NCBI GenBank assembly: GCA_013239625.1
Contig: MU054187.1
Span: 15,162,974 to 15,226,973 of the forward strand
DNA length: 64,000 nt
Source of the DNA: Lama guanicoe
Taxonomy: Eukaryota
Direction of reading: 5' to 3'
Part shown: positions 37,771-50,880 of the stretch, in pieces
Position numbering within the stretch: position 1 is the first letter of the stretch
Layout: each line of letters starts with the position of its first letter
Made by a program: the position numbers and the translations under genes
Notes under the pieces: generated by a model
The model's database searches: none
What the model saw: the letters and a program-made list of their open reading frames with translations, nothing else
What the model was told of the DNA's origin: nothing

Positions 37771-38110
37771 ATGGTGGCCGAAGAATGCACCGCACAGACC
37801 TCAGAGGGCAGGGAACAAAAGGGACCCAGGGTCCCAGCTGCTGTGCTCTGGATTTCATCACTGCTTTGCCCCAAGGCTATGTTTCTTCGGGCTACTCCAA
37901 GCCAGCGGCTTGAGTGTGGTGAAGATGTGGAGGAAGGCTTATTCCTGGGAGACAAGGAACTCTTTTGACGTCCAGCTTGGCTCAAGAATCCCCCCATGGC
38001 CTTGATGAACATTTCTCAGATGCGGAGCAGTCTAGGGCAATTCCACTCAAACCTCTCTCCTTCTCTCCTTCACTCGTGGTCACAACTGCATAGTGACCTG
38101 ACTCTTCCAG
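37771..38110 (+). mobile_element. ERVL LTR (LTR16-like), 3'-truncated, upstream of proviral interior
   Basis: gtggccgaagaatgcaccgcacagacctc...ccagctgctgtgctctgg...ttcctgggagac; directly joined to ERVL internal sequence. Confidence 0.55.
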
Positions 38111-39835
38111 ACAGGGGCACCAGCATCACTAAGTAGATTGGGGGTGGCCTCCTCTTTAGGTAAGGGTGACGTAAGGGAGGCAAACCACACAGCTGGGCTT
38201 ATTAACACCCATGAAGACGATATGTCCTCCAAGTAATAGAGGTCAAGTGGTAGTTCTTAGCCACCAGAATTCAGAAGGCAGCAGTTAATTTAACGACAAG
38301 CAAGGTTAAAGGGACAGCCAGGGGGCCCTGACCCATGGGGAATCGTGGAGATGCTGAATAGAGCAAGGAGTATTTAGGAACAAACAGTGCTATTTAACAT
38401 TTATGATTAAAAAGGAAAAAAAGACAATAAAACAAGAATGGAGGACACAACCCAATAAAAGTCAGGGTCCCTTGTTAAGTTTTAAGATCTGAGCCAATGT
38501 TCAGATCTGAAATCCAGTCACTGAAGGAAGGACTTTGCAACACTGGCAAGTATGCACTGTAATAGTTCCCTGTCCTTCCCCAAAGGGACCCACAATCCAC
38601 TTACTCAAGTGACTGTACACTGGGAAAAGGGGGAATAACCAGATGTTTCCAGACCACTGGACGCAGCATCTCAGTTGACATTGATACCCAGTGACACAAA
38701 GCATTATCGTGACCCGTCTATTAAAGTGAAATGGACAGCAGCTGAATTACTGCCAGGAATGGACTGGAAACAGTGGGGCTGTCTTATGAACGGCTGTGAG
38801 CAGTGCACCTGGTTATCTGTCTGTGGGAAAGAGAAATGGCCCAAGGTGAGCGTATATACAGATTCCTGGATGGTGGTCAATAACCTGACTGTCTTCTCAG
38901 AGGCCTGAGAAGGAAAAGGCATAGAAGATTAGAGATAAGGAGGTTGGGCTACAGGCATATGAGTGGGCAGATGGGAGCAGGCACAAAGCGAGAAACATTT
39001 TATATCACCCATCAAGTCCCAATGGAAAGTATCCACCATGGAGAGACCCTGGAGAATTGAGTTGATAAGATGACTTGGCCAACTGACATTACCCAGGCTT
39101 TGTCACTGGCTATTTTTGAATTAGAATGAATGATACGTGAACGGAGTGACCATGGTCATAGAGACAAAGGGCACATACGAGCCAAACAACAGGGACTCCC
39201 CTTTACCAAGTCCAGTACATTTCTCTCTGCATGTCAACAACAGTGACCAACACTCAGCCCCAGATGTGGCACTGCTCCTCCAGGAGACCAACCAGACACT
39301 TGGTGCAAGCTGAATACTGGGGGCCCTTCTTATCATGGAAGGGCTGGCAGCTTGTCCTCACAGGCACAGATACCTCCTGGGTGTGCACTTGCCTTTCCTG
39401 TCCTAGAGCTCCAGCTAGGGTTACTGTCTGGGAACTTGTGGAAGATTTGATACCCAGACATGAGATTCCACACTGCAAAGAGTCTCATGAAGAAGAGACC
39501 CCCCGGCCGTGAAGGAGGTGCGGGGTGCACCCATGACCACAGGGTCCTCTTGTCATTTCAGGAAGCGCACAGCCCGGAGACAGCCAGGTGTACAGAATGT
39601 CTGAATGGCTTTCTGGAGGTGCACCTGAAGTGCCAGTGTGGAGGGAAACGTTTTGAAAGGCCCGGGTGCCATCCTTCAGAGAGTGCATTTGTTAAGTCGG
39701 ATTCCTCTACATGATACTCTCCCTCCCTAAAAGCAAGGTGTAGAAATTCAAGGGTTGTGCAGGAGTGCCTACTACACTTAAACAACCACAACCAGCGACC
39801 TGTTGAGGCTTCTTGTCCTTCCCATCACGTCTGTT
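38110..39835 (+). mobile_element. Deleted ERVL provirus interior (ERV3-16A3/HERVL-like): gag, protease, RNase H and integrase remnants
   Basis: Translations LDAASQLTLIPSD (protease D-T-G site decayed), KEKWPKVSVYTDSWMVVNNL (RNase H), QAEYWGPFLSWKGWQLVLTGTDT (integrase, compare ERVL QVDYIGPLPSWKGQRFVLTGIDT). Confidence 0.85.
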
Positions 39836-40239
39836 CTGGGCATACTTTACACAGGGTCACATTTTGTCCTAATTTTTTGAAGACTGACATCAAGTAGAAT
39901 AGTGGACATATTCCTACTGCCTTCCAGAAAAATATGGACCACTACAGAACAATAATGATTGTAGGAAAAAAACCCCACAAGTCAGTTTTTTGCAACTGCT
40001 TGTATACTGCTTGGGATGTTACATTTTCAGTGCAGCTGATTCTGAGTTCATTTTAGGTGAAAATATGTAGTTATAATTTCAAAAAATAGTTGAAAGGGAA
40101 AGGGCTGACAAGGAGGTAGCATTTATTTAGTATTGGTAGTGGTAGGTGTTATGCTGAACATACGTTAAAAAATGCATTTTACATCCATTTATTTCATGAC
40201 TAAAACAAAAAACTATTCAAGAGGCTGGAAATATACTGA

Positions 40240-40875
40240 TTTATAAGATAGACACTTGCCTGTCCTCACAGAACTTTTTATTGTAGGGATACATATTCTA
40301 AATATAACACAAACAAGTAATATAATGCCAGACAGAAGGAAGTTTTATGAATAAAACTAAAGCTGGAGAAAGAGAATACATGGTAAAAGGTGGACTGGAG
40401 GAGTGACATCATTTTGGACAGGCTACTAAGAAACTCTCTGTGAGTAGATGAAGTGTGTAATGACCTGATTAAGGTGAAGGAATGTGTCATGTTCCCACTT
40501 GGGGAGGAGGAAAAAGGCAGAGGGAACATTAATCACAAAGATCTACTGGAGGAAATGAACTTGTCCCATTTAAGGAACAGCAAGAAACCTCTGGGGCTAG
40601 AGATGCATGGGAAAAGGTGGCAGAAGATGGAATTGGAGCAGTAGGTAAGAGGTTGACCTGTAAGCTCCAGTCTGGAGCTTCAGTTTATCCTAAACAAGTT
40701 GGAAAGCCCCTAAAGGATTTTGCATATGAGAAGGATGCAATGCAATATAATTTACTCTTTACAGAAAGTACTCTAGTTGCTGTTTTGGAGAACAGACCAC
40801 AGCAGGGGACCAGTTAGGAGACTATGGCTGAAGTCCAGGCTGAGAGACAGTGATCAGTGGCTTGCACCACAGTGT
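40240..40875 (-). mobile_element. L2 LINE
   Basis: ttgcctgtcctcacagaactttt...ttggaaagcccctaaaggattttg...gaccagttaggagactatggctgaagtccaggctgagag. Confidence 0.8.
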
Positions 40876-43800
40876 TAGAAACGTTAGGGGAAAAGTTCCC
40901 TCTCGGATTAAATGTGACTTTTGTAAACACTAGAAAATAAGTAACCTCTGGGATCATCTTGATGCCTTAGGTCTTCTGAGGTATCAACTTTTAAAAATTA
41001 TCAGGTGCAAAATTTGAAAGCATATACATGAGAGTATTTTCCAGTATTTTCATAATTCTCAAATGGGTCTGTAACTCCACCAAAAACAGGTGTAAGAAGC
41101 ATTGTGAAGAAGCTGTGATATCTACGAGAGAAGACTGATTTCTGAGATATCAAAGTTCAGACTGACTCTCTCTGGTATCCAAGATCAGATTTGTCTCTAG
41201 CACGCTGCAGGGAGGATATCAAAACAAAGCCCTGTAGGTCATTATTTCACCTCTTCCTCTTTCCTCTCCATTGTGGGTCAAGAAAGCTTAAGAAACAGAG
41301 TATGATTTTAGAATATCTCAAGCTGCAAAAGAGATGAAGGAGACCCGCGCTGGCACGGTGACACCCGCAGCTACAGCAGCAGGTCTCAGGCCACTGCAGA
41401 GCAGCCCCCGCTGTCATGTGCCAGAATCGTACAGCTGCACAGGAGTCCTTGCTGACCCATGAGAGACCTTCAGGGCTGCCAGATGATTGATTTGCTGTGG
41501 TTTTAGAAGAGATCCGAGAGAGCAAAAGTTTAGAGCACATTTGAAAAACATATCCATTCTCTCAATTTTTTTTTAATTTCCTCTTTCCAACGTATGTGTG
41601 TATGCATTCAGCTCTCAAATAAATAATCTTGGAGCAAAAAAAAATTGTATCAAATATATTTACCAATGGCCCAGACAGTAAAGATGATCATCGAATAATC
41701 TGTACTTTTGTTCAAATCACATTTTTGCTCCTTACTATGTAAACCTGGATCATTGAATTCATGTCCAACTGCCTCCACTTACCCAAGTATGAAGTAAGTA
41801 TAATAAGACTTCAATCAAAATACTACAAATAAAGTGGTTGTGAGGCTGAAACGCAATGTAACGTTTAAAATAACTGCATAGCCCAGTTCTTGGCAATAGA
41901 TGTGGAAGATACATGATACTGTTTGTGTCCTTCCTTTTCTCCTGTGGTCCTTTCAGCTGGCTGTAAGGATTCGTTTTCATTGCTGGGTATAGACAAGAAT
42001 AAGACAGTCCTGACCCTTAAGATGTTATTGGTCTCTTACTTGTAGGATTTACTGTTTCATAGGTTTTAAAACAGAAGAGGATCTTAGAAACTATCCAGTC
42101 CCCAGCTGCCATTTCCAAATGAAGGAAGAGCAGGCCAACAGCTCACAGAGACTAGAAGGAAACATGCCTCTTGGCTTGCAGGCATCCATTGGTACCACCC
42201 TGTCTCATGGCCCACTGCTCAGCTGCTGTCGTTCAAAAACAGCGTAAGAATTCCTGAAACCTAACGTTGAAGTTTCACAAAAAGAATATATTTTCTTTGC
42301 TTCATAAAATTCATGATAAAAATGTGTCCTGTTTATTGTGCTGACCTTAAACATAACTTCATTGACTTATTAAAACTAAAAGTTCCAAATGATCCTTTCA
42401 AAATCTGGGAACTTAAAAATATTTGGCCAAGATTCAAATGACTGATCTTGTTTCCAAATTTTGCTTCTGAAATGAAAGAGGATACTGGTAGTTTAGCACA
42501 TCCCCTGTATTTAGAATGAAGTTTATAGTATCTCTCTTAGGACAACGTGGAAATTCAACACTTTGGGCGATAGGCTTGCCTCTTAGACACCACAGTTCAC
42601 TTCGTGTTTAAAGCAAGTAATGAGTAAGAAGCGCATCTACCATAAAAATGTAATGGTATCTGCTGTAATTTTAAATAATTGAGAGTATCCTCCAATTTTA
42701 TATCCTGAGACAGTGTCGATAACTAAGTAGTGGGGTGGAAGTGGGGAGCTCCAAGTTTATATCTAGATTCACAAACTTACCGGCTGATTAAAGTCTCTTG
42801 ATCTGTGAAACATTCCCACTTTTGGAAACACAGTCCCTCAACCCCTTGCCTTTCAAAATACTCTTCTGGTCTCTTTCTTTTTCCATTGCCCGCTTGCATT
42901 TACTTAAAACAGACCCAGGAGTACGGATTCCTCTAGTCACTGAAGAAATATTCTTTCTTTCTGAATCTCACCATGGATCTCTACATGGTAGGTGCATATT
43001 TCTAAAAAGTGCTATTATAAAATGATAACTTAATCATTTTGAGTCATATAAAAATCTGTCTATGTCATTATTAAAAATGTCTTTTTTGGGGGGAGTGTAG
43101 GGTAGAGAAAAAAAATATTGCCAAGACTTGCAACATTTTGCTAAGAAAATAAGAAATCTTCGTGGGTCTACTACATAGGTAAACTTCAGCTCCCAGAAAA
43201 GTGTGTGCATTTCTCAGGGAAGTGTCAAGCACTTTGTAATCAAGAACAGAACTGGGAAACATTATTGTTAAGAAGACAACTGCCCAACGTGTCCATGTGA
43301 CATCAGAAGATCTGAATAGGTAGAAAAAATTTTTCATGAGATTTCTAGGTGTTTGCGTTTGGAGACTTCCTTGACCTCTGCTCTCTGACTCCCCTCTTCC
43401 ACCCAGGTCCTTCACTGTCAGCACCTGGAGGCTCAGGCCTGACCACTGTAGACACTGTGTAGGGCCCTCTGGGACGACTTCTGAGCCAGGATAGGAGCTT
43501 CTTATTTAAGTCACTGATGCCTCTTACCTGTTATCATACCTCCTCAAACCTCTTGGAATCCATCCTTTTTAGTTCAATGTCCTTATCACTTTTAGCCCAA
43601 ACTCTGAGACTTTGCTCTACTGGGCTAGATTCGTGAACCTGCACTCCAACTGCTCAGATTTTGAACCCATCTTCTTAAATGTGGTCAGTATTCTTTTGCT
43701 GAGTATCCTGAACAACAAAATCTTTAGGTTTTGTCGTTGTTGTTAAATTCATAGTTTTCCCACTTGTTCTCCTGGGCCTTCATGTTGAGTTCTGCCCTAT

Positions 43801-43886
43801 TTTTCCTAACTAGAGTGAAACTGGCTTACCTACACAACGCCAATGTGCTGAGAATTTGAAAATATTTTGTTATGTATAGTGAAGAA

Positions 43887-43955
43887 ATGAATGAATGAAT
43901 GAATCCTCTGTCTATCCATCCATCTATCATCTCTCTATCTATCCATCCATCTATC
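43887..43955. repeat. (ATGA)n plus (TCCA/TCTA)n compound microsatellite at an L2 tail
   Basis: Direct reading. Confidence 0.85.
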
Positions 43956-45399
43956 TTGCAGTTTGCAGGCACTTGACATTCAAGGTCCTCAGTCATCCTC
44001 CTCTTTTCTGTGTCTACCATATTTCTATTTTTCTTCTTTCAACCAACTCTCTTCTTCAGTAAGGATAGTTTTGCTCAACATTCCAGGTGGGCACTGTAAC
44101 CTCACTACCCCAACTCACAAGGCCTCCAATGGCTTTCTCCTATCTTCTTTCCACAAATTTTATTCTTTCAAGGCACAATGTAATCCCTCCTTTTCAATGC
44201 AGGCATCCATGAAAGTCTAAATTCCTCATGATTTGTCTCCCCAATACCTGGTGGTACTTATTCCTTGAATTATTTTAGTCTTTTAATAAGTGCTACCCAG
44301 CACAGTAATAGGTCCATATTTAGAAACCATTATTGTAGAAGGAAATTTCCTCCCCGCCTCCCCCACTTTTTTTGGAATTCACATTATTTATTTATTGTAT
44401 ACTTCAAACAGTTGGTGCTCAATAACTTTGTAAGAAATAATGACATTGATAATCTTATTCTCTACATGCAAAGGTTATTTTCACAAAAATGGTGAATGTC
44501 CCTCAAACTCATCAACTCAAAATATAAGTTCACTTTAGGCTCATGAAAAAGAGGATTACTGATTGAAAGTAGAGCAGCTTCCTACAGTGGGCAGACACTG
44601 TTAATTGTTTGGAAGAAGGCTGAAACCACACAGAAAATTGTGCTGAGGCTTGCATGCATTCAGCTTAACTCTGAGGTAAAGAGGATGTTGGACGTTAAGA
44701 GATGAAAAGAATCGAATTTGGAGGAAACAATATGAAAGAAGGCCAGGTGACCTAGTTTAAGGTTTCTTCTCCTATACAACAATGAATACGTTAGAAGAGT
44801 ATTGAGGTTATAAAATTTTCAAAGCTAATTTGAAGAAGGAGGTCAGTAAGTAAAAATGGCAAACATTCTCTCTGAAGCCAGCCTTTAAAAACAATGGAGC
44901 TGTGTGTGTTTCTTTTGCTGTTAGTAACAGGGAACTGATGATGTGCTGGACTTTTTGAGCAGATGTCCAGGCACCATGGGAGTGTTTCCTTATTTCTGTG
45001 TGGTTCTTGTGACTGATATGATGGTGACATCCGTTTGTTGGCACCAGCTCTGCAATTCAGATGATCTTCTAACTGGTTTGTCTTCAAATTGAGATATCAA
45101 CTGTAAGCTGCTCCCTTCCAGCGGTGTAGAATTCTTGACATATGAACATTCTCCAGGGTTTCTCTAAGCCTCTTTAAACTTTGGATGCACTCTATTGACA
45201 GCTTCTGAGTTGTGATAAGTATCTACCTTTTATTTCTAATTTGAAGATTTCTTGGGTGATAAAATTACATTTTCTTTGGAGCAAATATTTTAGAGTGTAC
45301 TGAGATGGCAGATTCATGAACTCCCCAAAACTTTTACAGGAAATGGAGAATGCAAAGGTCATGTAAAAATAGTCATAATAGTGCCTTTACTGATTGGAA

Positions 45400-45790
45400 A
45401 ATCTTAGTATCAAACACATTTTAGTTTGAATAGAATGCAGACAGAGTGTACAGTGTAGAAGGAATAGATATGTGGGTTATCTTGGGGGATGTGGTTCAAA
45501 GTAAAACTCTATCTTGGACATGAATACTTTCTAAATTAGTATCTGTGATACATCATAAATAGTAAAAGAAAGAAGCAACCTCTGTGTGTGTGTTTTGTTT
45601 GTACTCTCTTCTAGCATAGCTATCTTTGCCATTTATTCATATAAAAATTTATTTAAAAATGGGATAGAGGAGTAAGAAAGGGGAATGGCAAATGGCAATA
45701 CACCTAATTATTACATTACTCTAATGTTTAGATGTTTTACTACAATTATGCATCCATGTATTACTTATGTAATTAAAATAATTTTAAAGC
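45400..45790 (+). mobile_element. Old L1 3' UTR fragment
   Basis: cttggacatgaatacttt...atactctaatgtttagatgttttactacaattatgcatccatgtattacttatgtaattaaaa. Confidence 0.5.
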
Positions 45791-45929
45791 CCATAACGCA
45801 GTATTATCCAGAATAACAAGTCTGTGAAATCACAGGGAAATTCAAATTGAACTTTGATCATAACTTAAAAAAAACTATTTTTATCATTTCCTGAGGTTAT
45901 TAATTATATTTTGCTCTTATTGATTAATT

Positions 45930-46095
45930 TCATTTGATAAACATTTGTTCAGCACTTGCTATGTACCATACACTATGTTAGGCACCAGGAATATTAAGTG
46001 AATAAGGCATGGATTCTGGCTTTTAGAAACTTATTGTTTAATATGAAAAACAGATGTAAAAGATACAAGCAAAGCAAAGAACTATGCTGCTATGA
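45930..46095 (-). mobile_element. L2 LINE 3' end
   Basis: catttgataaacatttgttcagcacttgctatgtaccatacactatgttaggcac. Confidence 0.7.
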
Positions 46096-46423
46096 TAGAA
46101 AGCTAAGTAAAATGCAGTTATTAAATCTTCTTAATAGTTCACGAAATAAATGATAGTGTGGAGATGAGACCCAGTGGAATGCCAGATACCAGAAGCAAAG
46201 TTGAATATACAGCCAGATCCTTTTAGACAATAGTCTGATTGCTTTTAGCAAGTGGATGACATGGTCTCCAGGCACCTGGTACTTATGTGTATTGGAATCC
46301 TCCTCAAATTTGAGGTTTGTTTTTAACACAAAAACACATTGTTTCCATGTGAAGGTAATTAACAAAAGGTTTATTTGCTATTCCTGAACTGTTATTAACA
46401 GCTCAGATTAAATATCTGTATTA

Positions 46424-47584
46424 TAGTCAACTCTCATTATTCACAGTAATGTTCTCTAAAGTTGCTGTAAGCACTTAGCACAGCCCAAACCACTGCTCCC
46501 GGGGAAATAAAGAATTAGGTTTCTGAGATCCTCTGGTCAAATTTCTGTCAATCGATCAATACATAACCTTGTTTGAAGTGTGCTTCTGTTTATAGACACC
46601 TTATTTAATATATACGTCTTGTAAATAGTTAATTTCATGGTGTTTGAATGATTTAAATCCAGGGGCTTTAAAGGCCATTTGTGTTATGTAGTTTCCTTTG
46701 CCGATATCCTTGTAAAACAAGCTTGTCTCACCGCACTGGATATCTGCTCTTCCAGAGAAACTTACTCCTGCATCACTCTTAGCAGATAATTTAAAAAATT
46801 TTACTGCAGCCTACTGATCTGTAGAACCAAACTTGCCTGCCAGTTTAATATTTTTCATGCTGTATTGCCTTTTGAAATGCACAAAAGTCCATCACTAGCT
46901 GAGAAGGATGTAACATGTTCCTGACCCTGGGAAACATGACTGTCAATTTTTTTGGCTTTCAGCTTCTCAACGATGCTGCCCACTATGCTGTGTTTTAATG
47001 GGTAGTCATCTCGTAAGTCCACAAATTTGGCTTCTTTCCCATACTTTTGAAAGTTTTTTTCCCATACCTTCATCACGCACTAAAGATGCTCCTTTAGCAC
47101 TTTTCAGAGAAGACTCACGTAGACAGATCAGCAAATTTCCTCTTCCCGGCTCTGGACCTACAGTGTTGTTAGTTCATTAACCTTGAACTTGTGGCCAACA
47201 GCACTAGAACTCAGGCCTGAGCAATGCTTCCCCAGCACACACATTTTCTCCCTGAGAAACATACACAGCACTTCAGCAGTACACCCCGGGGGCCATTTTA
47301 AACAGCAAAATCACCAACCAAAAGCACAAAGATGTGAAAAATGCGGCACTGAATAGGCCACAAAAGGACGTTTGTTTATGGTTTGAGAGTTGCAACAAGA
47401 AGGCAGAGTGTTGCCTTATTCAGTCTCATCTGGAAACGTGTGGCAGGCAACTCAAATTTTCCCTTGCTGTGTAGTCTGTGAATAATCATGAAAGTGTTGC
47501 AAGTATTGCTTAGGGGCTTACAAACAGAATTTAGGAAGCAGAAGAATTTGCTGATATGCAAACCACAAAAGATGATCATCACTG
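46424..47584 (-). mobile_element. Tigger6-like TcMar DNA transposon (about 1.16 kb) retaining decayed transposase sequence
   Basis: Both ends match MER82 termini (tagtcaactctcattattc...gatcatcactg, TA on the left). The minus-strand interior translates to pogo/Tigger transposase pieces: VGHKFKVNE, IVEKLKAKKI..HVSQGQE..FSASDG, ETSLFYKDIGKGNYITQMAFKAPGFKSFK. Confidence 0.85.
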
Positions 47585-47609
47585 CATATATTTTAGAAAC
47601 CCTGCATTT

Positions 47610-48040
47610 TTCTAATCACTTCCTGTCTCCCAATTGCAGTACTGACTTCACGGCTCTGAACCGACAACTAACCACAGCAACATAAGAGATTAACTACGGG
47701 GGATTTCCTTAAGATTATTTCGTGTGATAACCACTCATTTGTCAAGAGTGCACTCAGACCTTTTCTTCCAGAGCCTTAATGCTCCAAACAGATCAATGAC
47801 AAGAACATAGGTGTGTATAGTTAGTACCGTTCTCTGTAATATCTTACCTGTAAGTAGTCAAACAATTGTATTTTCACATAAACAAACATGTCATAATTTG
47901 GCTAACATAAATGTGTTATTTACTTTTCGGTTCAGATTTGAAATTAGAACTTATGAAGAGTATCTGGTTAGTTTTCCCTTGGTCTCAGTTGGATCTTGGG
48001 AGAAACATTGCCCATGATTGGGCCATAAATCGACCTCTGC
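47610..48040. promoter_or_regulatory. Candidate enhancer (ETS, RUNX, NF-kB, GATA, FOX motifs)
   Basis: CACTTCCTGT 47617, AACCACA 47670, GGGGATTTCC 47699, TGATAA 47725, TAAACAAACA about 47879. Confidence 0.35.
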
Positions 48041-48589
48041 GTGATGCACCAACCATGCTAGAAAAAAAGTTTTACATTTTTGTATCTCAGTCATTCGTGG
48101 TCACCTCTTGTGAACCCCTTTTCTGATGAGAAAGTTGCTCTATGTCCTCTCCCTCCACTATGGAAGCAGTGACGTCCCAATGGTTCCCCTAGGAGTGCCA
48201 CCGAATCCTCTTCCTCCCCCGAAGTACCACAACACAAGGTCTTCTAGATGTCTTTGCTGTGGCTCTTCTGATTCTATAGTTCCCTTCTCTTTAGATATAG
48301 GTAATATAGTTTTTTTCCTGGCTATTATAGGCAAATGACTGTCAAATCCATAGAATTTGACCAGGGTGGAAGAAATTTGGATAGAGATTTCATTCAGAGG
48401 TTGAGTTGTAATAAAGTTTGTTTGTGTCTGGAATCTCTCTGACACCAGGGTATAACATTTGACTGCGGTAGAAAATGAGACATGATGCAAGCAGCTGAAC
48501 AAGGTACAGCTGGAGGGGGAGGAGGACACCCTCAGCTCCGACAAAGATAACCAGCAACTAGTCAGGAAGCCTACAAAATGTCAGCGAAT

Positions 48590-49400
48590 AGCAATGAGAC
48601 TTCTGACCACATGGTGGAATAAGCACATGTGAGTTGACTAAAAACCACCTAAAATACTGGATAAAATATGATGATTGACTTTAAAGACAGAAACCACCAA
48701 GTGTTATAAGAACAAGAAAGAAAGGAATCAAAGTGAGAGAGGTCACAGAAAGCTGATTGCAAGGCATTTCCCATGTATTTCAGAAAGGCCCTAGCGATTG
48801 GAGGTGGGCTTTAATAACCAGGAGAAAGGAGACATGGTTACAAACGCAGATAAAATAGAGAACCTCAATCTGAGAGTCTTACATAAAACACAAAATCTCT
48901 AAGAACTTCTAGTCCCCATAGCCTAGAAAAAATTTCAAACAGTCAACCAGGGAAAATGTAAACAAACTTGCCATTTATCTGGGACTTGTGTTGGAAAAAC
49001 AAGCACTCTGAGAAATTAAAAATTAGGCCTGAATCACTGCTGATGTAGGGTCTAAATTTGTACCACCTGAGAGGTGCAGGTAACATGATCTGAGAAACTA
49101 ACCTTAATACCTATTCCCAAAGCACTGAAATCCCTTGGGTCCTCAGCAAAAGCAAACCATGACCCATCATTTTCATAACCGATAGGATTTTGAACTCCAA
49201 CAGGATTTTTAAAAAACCATCTAAAAATAAGCCCACTCTAATAGATTGCAAACCTCATGAGAAAATCACCATGAGGAAGAGTCAGCAGATTTGAAAAACA
49301 GATGCATTAATACCATGAAACTTAAAATACTAGAACAATCTGAGATTACAAGGTAAACGTGTTTTAAATAAAGAAATTTGAAAAAGAAAAGCCATATTAA
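48590..49400 (+). mobile_element. Old L1 5' UTR/ORF1-start fragment
   Basis: gacttctgaccacatggtggaataagcaca...ctaaaatactggataaaatat...caccatgaggaagagtcagcaga...aaatactagaacaatctga. Confidence 0.55.
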
Positions 49401-50050
49401 TACAAATAGCTCACATACCCACTGTTTCAACCTACAGTCTCAATTTGTATTGAGTGCTTGCAACTAAGAAATAAATCCACAGCTGTCTTTCACACAGAAG
49501 CTAAGAGTAAAAGTTGAGAAAGTCAGATTTGTTTGGATATGTGACGAGTTTTTTGGGTTCGGTTTTATGTCACAAGCGGCCATCCAAAAACTATAATGAA
49601 AATCTTATTGCACCAGGAAAGAAAAGCAATCTAGTCAGGAAATGAAAGAAAATTCAAAAAAGTTCAAACAAGCAACAGTGAAGTGAGAAAGTGAACTATA
49701 GGTTAGTATCTGTGTCTAATAGAAATGTTTTGGAAATGCAAGATGTGGAAAGTGCTCGTCATAAAAAGTTCAATAGTTTAATACCTCATTACAAGGAAAC
49801 AGTAACGATGGAAATGAAACATTGCTGCTATAGAACATATTTTTATACCAAATGGTGAATTAGCATTGCTTATTGAATATAACTCCATTAGACGTCTACC
49901 ATTTTTCATTGTTTTACATATTTATTCAGTTCACTATAACATAGCTTTTGATTTAGAGAAACAGAGGAGTTTTGTGAATGTGGTCAGATCATGATGTTTT
50001 TTGCCATGGAAAAATTGTTATAATAAACACTGCAAAACTAGAGAAAATAA
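49400..50050 (+). mobile_element. Possible ancient Tigger-type DNA transposon remnant
   Basis: gcaccaggaaagaaaagcaatctagtcaggaaatgaaa region resembles the basic N-terminus of pogo/Tigger transposases; very degenerate. Confidence 0.35.
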
Positions 50051-50264
50051 AGAAAATAAAATGTGTTCTAGGGACATTGGAGGAATTAAGGAATATATGC
50101 CTGATATATTTTTTCAGTCTTAGCAAGAAAAGCACAATATATGGATGATTATGGCAACCCTGGCATTTCCTTATGAGAGAAAACAGTCACCACTTTCTTG
50201 AAAGAGTCTTGCTATAGACATAAATGGGTACAGAGTTAAGTATAAAAATGGAAGTCACAACAAG

Positions 50265-50500
50265 TAATAACATTTGCTCACCCTTTTGCCAAGATGACTG
50301 TATGTCAGGCATATGTTAAAGCACTTTGCACATACTGATTCATTTAGTTCTCCCAACTATTCTATTAAGTTAGCACTAATATTATGTTCATCCTACAGGT
50401 GACGAAAGTAAGTCACTTGCTTAACTTGCTCAAGGTCACATAGGTAGTTAGATGGGGAGCAAGGGTTCAAACCCCAGACTGGCCCCAAGGTCCATGTGAA
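50265..50500 (-). mobile_element. MIR SINE
   Basis: ttaacttgctcaaggtcacataggtagttagatggggagcaagggttcaaacccc. Confidence 0.8.
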
Positions 50501-50880
50501 CTCCTGCCATGGCCTCTCCAGGATATGTAATTAAGAAAGTGGGTTTATTCCTGACTCTGCCATGGATATTGGATAAGTCAGATAGATCTGCTTAATCACT
50601 CAAAATGTTTCAGACACCACCTTTATTGAACACTGATAGGCAGCGTGCAAGATGCAAAGAAATGAAACAACTCAAGTCAGATTCTGGTAGAAACAGTTCA
50701 ACCATCAAAGCTCTGCATAGTCTCTAATTCAGTTTGGTTCAATTTAATGCAACTACATTGATGGAGCATCACCATATATCATGGCCTAGGCAGCCAGATA
50801 TAGAAAGATAAAATAATCCAGCCCTATGCTTCAGGTAGGTCATCTCAGCGATGGGGGTAAGATATGTAAATAAATAATTC

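Noticed and set aside
38675..39791. Domesticated or intact retroviral gene
   Set aside because: Frames are broken by stops and frameshifts, catalytic motifs are decayed and RT is missing
46615..47165. Apparent processed pseudogene inserted into a MER82 (ORF 46855..47076)
   Set aside because: It translates to Tigger transposase continuous with the flanking arm and has no poly-A or TSD, so it is the element's own interior
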